Shown here: one piece after another, positions 57,464 through 64,000 of the stretch | How the letters are laid out: each line of letters opens with the position of its first letter | How positions within the stretch are numbered: position 1 is the stretch's first letter | NCBI GenBank assembly: GCA_964346725.1 | Contig: CAYFVM010000007.1 | Span: 2,470 to 66,469, forward strand | DNA: 64,000 nucleotides | Origin: an uncultured Bacteroidales bacterium | GTDB lineage: Bacteria > Bacteroidota > Bacteroidia > Bacteroidales > UBA1715 | Direction: 5' to 3' | The notes under the pieces: model-generated | Databases searched by the model: none | The model's input: only the letters and a program-made list of their open reading frames with translations | Told to the model about the DNA's origin: nothing | Translations under genes and position numbers: made by a program

Positions 57464-57639
57464 AAATTTTTAACAAACAGCTTTGGTTTCTCTTTGTAAA
57501 ACATATTCACCAGATATTCACAATATTAATTAAGAAAATTCGTTTATTTTTTGTAAATTGAAATGCGTAAGAAATACAATGGAATAGGCTATTCCAGAAG
57601 ATTCTTAATAATTTTGAGTCACACAAATAAGAAAAGAGA

Positions 57640-57849
57640 ATGGAACAGAATGAGTTAATGGAATTGGTAACTACAAAAATGCCGTATGGAAAATATAAGG
57701 GAGTACTTTTGTGTAATTTACCCGAACCATATTTGGCATGGTATCACGAAAAAGGATTTCCACAGGGCAAAATAGGGCAATTACTGGGACTTATATACGA
57801 AATAAAGCTCAATGGCCTTGAATATTTACTTAAACCGTTACTCAAATAA
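57640..57849 (+). CDS. DUF3820-family small protein
   Basis: 69 aa with MPYGKYKGVLLCNLPEPYLAWYHEKGFPQGKIGQLL. Confidence 0.7.
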   Translation: MEQNELMELVTTKMPYGKYKGVLLCNLPEPYLAWYHEKGFPQGKIGQLLGLIYEIKLNGLEYLLKPLLK

Positions 57850-57989
57850 ATTCGATGTTGTTGATAACTTTTCAATACTTTGTTTTTGAAGTTACCCTCC
57901 AAAAACACACTTTTTTGTACATTCGCTTGCATTTCTTACAAAAACGAAGTGTACGTTGTAATGTGTTGTAAATCATTAGATTAAAATAA

Positions 57990-59954
<1,965 letters not shown>

Positions 59955-59995
59955 CAAATAATTCACTTAATCATTAAACTCAAAAGATAAAAAGT

Positions 59996-61132
59996 ATGGA
60001 ATTTATAGTTTCAACATCTAATTTACTAAGCCAACTAAATACAATAAAGGGCGTAATTAATTCTAAAAACACGTTGCCAATTTTGGATAATTTCCTTTTT
60101 ACTCTAGAAGGAAATGTATTGAAAATTGAGGCTTCAGATTTGGAAACTCGTTTGGAAACCAAACTAGAGTTGGAAAATGTAAAAGGTGCAGGTGTTATAG
60201 CAATTGAAGCAAAAAAATTGACCGATATGTTAGGCTTGTTCTCAGACGAACCGCTTACTTTTAAAGTTGATTTAACGAATTACAAAATTGATATTTTCTC
60301 TGCAAGTGGTAAATATACTATTGCAGGTGCCAATGGTAAAGATTTTCCAAAAACACAACCACTTGGTGAGTCAGATGATGCAGCTTCTATATCTTCATTT
60401 ACCATCGCTCCAGACATATTGCGTAAGGCTATAACTAGCACAGCATTTGCTTCATCAGATGACGATGCTCGTCCAATGCTTACGGGTATTTTGTTTGAAT
60501 TAACTCCAGAACATCTTCGTTTTGTTGCAACTGATTCTCACAAATTGGCTCGTTATACTCGCACAGATATCAAATCAAAAACAAAAGCATCGTTCATTTT
60601 CCCTCAAAAACCTGCTAATTTGTTGAAAAATATTTTAGCAAAGGAAACTGCAGATGTAAAGGTAGAATTTGATTCAAAACAAGTGGTAATTACCATGGCT
60701 CAATCTATTTTGAATTGCCGTTTGATTGATGGTAAATATCCAAATTATGCTGCCGTAATTCCGTTAGAAAATCCTAATAAGTTGATTATCAATAAGGCAG
60801 ATTTCTACTCTAAATTACGTCGTGTAGCTTTCTTCTCAAATCCTTCAAATAATCTTACTCGTTTGGAAATGTCAGGTACTCGTTTGATGATTTCTGCTCA
60901 AAATATTGATTATGCAAGTTCTGCAAAAGAAGAATTGAATTGTCAATACGAAGGTGATGATATGCAAATAGGATTTAAGTCAAAATTCTTGTTAAACATT
61001 TTGGACAACATCAACAGCGAAGACGTAACAATTGAAATGTCTGACCCAGGACGTGCCGGCTTAATTATGCCTGTTGACAAAGACGATGAGAACGAAGACG
61101 TTCTTATGTTACTTATGCCAATGATGATTTAA
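59996..61132 (+). CDS. dnaN: DNA polymerase III beta sliding clamp
   Basis: 378 aa with three-domain clamp organisation. Blocks are LPILDNFLF, RPMLTGILFE, IDGKYPNY and the C-terminal LLMPMMI. Confidence 0.92.
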   Translation: MEFIVSTSNLLSQLNTIKGVINSKNTLPILDNFLFTLEGNVLKIEASDLETRLETKLELENVKGAGVIAIEAKKLTDMLGLFSDEPLTFKVDLTNYKIDIFSASGKYTIAGANGKDFPKTQPLGESDDAASISSFTIAPDILRKAITSTAFASSDDDARPMLTGILFELTPEHLRFVATDSHKLARYTRTDIKSKTKASFIFPQKPANLLKNILAKETADVKVEFDSKQVVITMAQSILNCRLIDGKYPNYAAVIPLENPNKLIINKADFYSKLRRVAFFSNPSNNLTRLEMSGTRLMISAQNIDYASSAKEELNCQYEGDDMQIGFKSKFLLNILDNINSEDVTIEMSDPGRAGLIMPVDKDDENEDVLMLLMPMMI

Positions 61133-61155
61133 TAAATAACAATGTATAGGAACAA

Positions 61156-61190
61156 AGAGTGATGAAGGTTTTTCGTCACTCTTTTTCATT
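61156..61190 (+). terminator. Intrinsic terminator after dnaN
   Basis: AGAGTGATGAA-ggttt-TTCGTCACTCT is an 11-bp stem with one G-U pair, followed by TTTTCATTTTT. Confidence 0.7.
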
Positions 61191-61198
61191 TTTAGATT

Positions 61199-61969
61199 AT
61201 GAAAATACAATTAACTAGACCTATCGCTTTTTTCGATCTTGAAACCACGGGACTCAATATTGTAAGTGATAGAATTGTTGAGATTTCAATTCTCAAAGTA
61301 ATGCCAAACGGAGATGAGACGTCTATTACACGCCGAGTGAATCCTGGAATGCCGATTCCTGAAGTATCTACAGCCATACATCATATTACCGATGCCGATG
61401 TAGCAAATCAGCCTACATTTAAAGAAATAGCAAAAGAAATAGCACAATTGCTTGACGATTGCGATATAGCGGGCTACAATTCCAATAAATTTGATGTGCC
61501 TGTTTTGGCAGAAGAATTTTCACGTGCAGATATCCAATTTGATTGGTCAAAACGCAAATTCGTAGATGTACAGGTATTGTATTTGAAGAAAGAACCTCGA
61601 ACACTTTCAGCTGCATATAAATTCTATTGCGAGAAAGATTTGGAAGGTGCTCATGGTGCCGATGCCGATACTAAAGCAACTTACGAAGTACTTCAAGCAC
61701 AATTAGATAGATATTCTGATGTGGAAAATAACGTTGATTTTTTGAGCGAATACACACACCATACAAATAATGTGGATTTTGCCGGAAGAATCATTTTTAA
61801 CGACAAAAAGCAAGAAATTTTCAATTTTGGTAAATACAAAGGACAAATTGTTGCTGAGGTGTTCACGAAAGATCCAAGTTATTACAGTTGGATGATGAAT
61901 GGCGAATTTCTCTCAAATACAAAACAAGTTATTACAGCCATTAAATTGCGCACGTTTGGAAATAAATAA
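61199..61969 (+). CDS. DnaQ-like 3'-5' exonuclease (DEDDh) with a C-terminal extension
   Basis: Exo I is FFDLETTG, Exo II is IAGYNSNKFDVPVL and Exo III is AHGADADT. Confidence 0.85.
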   Translation: MKIQLTRPIAFFDLETTGLNIVSDRIVEISILKVMPNGDETSITRRVNPGMPIPEVSTAIHHITDADVANQPTFKEIAKEIAQLLDDCDIAGYNSNKFDVPVLAEEFSRADIQFDWSKRKFVDVQVLYLKKEPRTLSAAYKFYCEKDLEGAHGADADTKATYEVLQAQLDRYSDVENNVDFLSEYTHHTNNVDFAGRIIFNDKKQEIFNFGKYKGQIVAEVFTKDPSYYSWMMNGEFLSNTKQVITAIKLRTFGNK

Positions 61970-61972
61970 CGT

Positions 61973-62551
61973 ATGAAAATACTCGCATTAGAATATGGAC
62001 GTTCGGAGGTAAAGCTTGATGGAGCTATTGCGTGTTATCCCGACAATACATTGCTTAGGAATAACGACGATTTTTATATTCCTAATTTTTCAAAAGAAAT
62101 AGTGGCGTATGTCGGTGTCTACATTCATTTCACGAAAATCGGAAAATGCCTAGAGCCGCGCTTTGTTGGTCGCTATTTCGACGAAGTAGGCGTGGGCATT
62201 AAATTTATGGCTGCCGATGCTATTACTCGCAACCAGTCTCTTGGGCTTCCAGCCGATTTTGCACGGTGTTTTGATTCCTCGTTCGCTATCAGTAACGACA
62301 AGGTAAAACTTGATGATGATATACAAAATATTTCGCTGCAAGTGTTCCGCAATAAGAAGAAAGTAGAGCTTAATATGTCCGTATTGACAAGCCTTTCAGA
62401 GGTTGTTTCTACAGCCACCAAGTATTTCACCATCAAAATAGGTGATTTATTTTTTGTTCCCTGTATGAAGATGCCTTTGCAAATATCTTTGGGAGATGTT
62501 TTTGATGTATCTTTGCAGCAACAACAACTGCTTACTTGTACGGTAAAATAG
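61973..62551 (+). CDS. Hypothetical protein, distantly FAH-fold-like
   Basis: 192 aa. The spacing of FYIPNFSKE...VGVGIKFMAADAI...IGDLFFV...GDVFDV resembles the fumarylacetoacetate-hydrolase C-terminal domain, but I could not see the usual catalytic motifs. Coding status is likely real. The function is uncertain. Confidence 0.4.
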   Translation: MKILALEYGRSEVKLDGAIACYPDNTLLRNNDDFYIPNFSKEIVAYVGVYIHFTKIGKCLEPRFVGRYFDEVGVGIKFMAADAITRNQSLGLPADFARCFDSSFAISNDKVKLDDDIQNISLQVFRNKKKVELNMSVLTSLSEVVSTATKYFTIKIGDLFFVPCMKMPLQISLGDVFDVSLQQQQLLTCTVK

Positions 62552-62553
62552 AT

Positions 62554-63231
62554 ATGCAAGAATTTGATTTACAACCAGTTTGGGATTTTCTTACAGACTT
62601 GTCTTGTAATAATAACAAGCCGTGGTTTGATGCACATAAAGACCGCTATCAGGAAGCATTAAGCAATTTTCGCATTTTTTCTACAGAATTGATTGCCGGT
62701 TTGGCTCAATTTGACCATTCGGTAACCGGGCTTTCTGTTACTGACTGTACGTATCGTATTTATCGCGATATGCGTTTTTCGTTGGACAAAACACCATACA
62801 AAACGCACATGGGCGTATACGTTTGCCCGCAAGGGAAAAAGAGCGGTAATGCTGGATATTATGTTCATATAGAACCGGGAAGTCAAAGTATGCTTATCTC
62901 GGGATTGTACATGCCTTCGGCACAAGTTTTAAAAAGTGTGCGCGAAGAAATTATGCTCAATGGCAAAGAGTTTGACAAAGCCGTAAAGCAATGCAAAGGT
63001 TTCGATTTAGATATGAACAGCGCACTTACACGCATTCCTAAAGGTTGGAACGCTGAAGACGAATTTTCTGAATATTATAAACTAAGGGATTTTGATATTG
63101 TGCAGACTATTTGCAAAGAACAGATGTTGAGTAAAGATTTTTTACCATTCGTTTTAAGTGAATTCAAAAAGACCTTGAAATTCAATACGTTACTCAATAA
63201 AAGTGTGCAATATGCACGTGAAGAACTATAA
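62554..63231 (+). CDS. DUF2461 (TIGR02453)-family protein
   Basis: NNNKPWFDAHKDRY and the hallmark YRIYRDMRFSLDKTPYKTHMG. The start is taken at MQEFDLQ. Confidence 0.8.
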   Translation: MQEFDLQPVWDFLTDLSCNNNKPWFDAHKDRYQEALSNFRIFSTELIAGLAQFDHSVTGLSVTDCTYRIYRDMRFSLDKTPYKTHMGVYVCPQGKKSGNAGYYVHIEPGSQSMLISGLYMPSAQVLKSVREEIMLNGKEFDKAVKQCKGFDLDMNSALTRIPKGWNAEDEFSEYYKLRDFDIVQTICKEQMLSKDFLPFVLSEFKKTLKFNTLLNKSVQYAREEL

Positions 63232-63285
63232 CTTCAAAATTTCCCAAAACTCACAAATCATAATCCATAACTCATAACTAACAAC

Positions 63286-64000
63286 ATGGCTTTTGAAAAA
63301 GAAATACAAAGACGACGCACATTTGCAATTATTAGTCACCCTGATGCGGGTAAAACAACATTGACCGAAAAACTTTTGTTGTTCGGAGGTGCAATACACG
63401 TGGCCGGAGCGGTTAAGTCAAACAAAATTAAGAAAACTGCTACGTCAGATTTCATGGAGATAGAGAAACAACGTGGTATTTCTGTAGCTACGTCTGTTAT
63501 GGGTTTTGAGTATGCCGGTCGTAAAATCAACATTCTAGATACTCCGGGGCACAAGGATTTTGCTGAAGATACCTATAGAACTTTGACGGCTGTTGACAGC
63601 GTAATTATTGTGATAGACGTTGCAAAAGGTGTGGAGGAACAGACCAAAAAATTGGCTGAAGTTTGTCGTATGCGCAACACGCCGGTTATGGTGTTCATTA
63701 ACAAACTGGATCGTGAAGGTAAAGATGTGTTCGATTTACTTGATGAAATAGAATCGCTATTACAGATTAAAGTCCGTCCGTTAGCATGGCCAATTGGTAT
63801 GGGACACGATTTTAAGGGCGTATATAATTTGTATTCGCACAATCTACGTTTGTTTGAATCAAACGTAGAACGAATAAAACCTGCCGAAAAATATGAAAAT
63901 ATTAACGACAAAGGAATTGATGCGGCAGTGGGAGAGCGCGCTGCGCAAAAACTTCGAGAAGAGGTCGATTTGCTTGAAAACGTATATCCCGAGTTTGACG
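63286..64000 (+). CDS. prfC: Peptide chain release factor 3 (5' part; runs off the window end)
   Basis: [42 protein letters not shown] and NKLDR. The reading frame stays open to position 64000. It is absent from the ORF track because it has no stop in the window. Confidence 0.93.
   Translation, partial: MAFEKEIQRRRTFAIISHPDAGKTTLTEKLLLFGGAIHVAGAVKSNKIKKTATSDFMEIEKQRGISVATSVMGFEYAGRKINILDTPGHKDFAEDTYRTLTAVDSVIIVIDVAKGVEEQTKKLAEVCRMRNTPVMVFINKLDREGKDVFDLLDEIESLLQIKVRPLAWPIGMGHDFKGVYNLYSHNLRLFESNVERIKPAEKYENINDKGIDAAVGERAAQKLREEVDLLENVYPEFD

Overview
This 64-kb window looks like chromosomal DNA from a low-GC, anaerobic member of the Bacteroidota. Three things point that way. TAnnTTTG -7 promoter motifs sit in front of several genes. 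The window has DUF1573 proteins, a Bat cluster and a T9SS type-B cargo protein. It also has Rnf and ack-pta. About 60 CDS and 3 tRNAs are tightly packed, and almost all are housekeeping genes.

Gene content in order:
- An SGNH and MBOAT O-acyltransferase pair.
- tRNA-Arg(ACG).
- A short class III adenylate cyclase and a thioredoxin-fold protein.
- Polyamine genes (agmatine deiminase and N-carbamoylputrescine amidase).
- Acyl-ACP thioesterase, rsmA, mgtE, an aminotransferase and a DAG-kinase-like lipid kinase.
- der, an rluB-like gene, era, a PduO-type adenosyltransferase and a GH29 fucosidase.
- pyrD and tRNA-Gly/tRNA-Leu.
- A 9-gene MoxR/DUF58/VWA/TPR/BatD/BatE (Bat-type) operon.
- nusB.
- purA-rseC-rnfBCDGEA and relA/spoT.
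- An operon made of a lipoprotein, an M16 peptidase pair and a T9SS cargo protein.
- ackA-pta, a phosphohexomutase, an RlmI-like methyltransferase, an RNase D-like exonuclease and a sodium:solute symporter.
- gyrB, dnaN, a DnaQ-like exonuclease, a DUF2461 protein and the 5' part of prfC.

I found no transposase, integrase, CRISPR array, rRNA or recognisable defence gene. I do not see a convincing new multi-gene system.

The stretches least explained by ordinary annotation are:
1. An AT-rich, ORF-poor islet (3171-4846) next to the 3' end of tRNA-Arg. It has a roughly 0.55-kb ORF-free segment, orphan small or membrane ORFs and two adjacent perfect inverted repeats.
2. A sensor-less class III adenylate cyclase beside that islet.
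3. An extra Q/N-rich secreted protein inside the Bat operon.
4. Several smaller oddities: low-complexity extensions, a strong hairpin between pta and ackA, and a degenerate FAH-like gene after dnaN and the dnaQ-like gene.

All product calls rest on motif recognition by eye. No database search was run.
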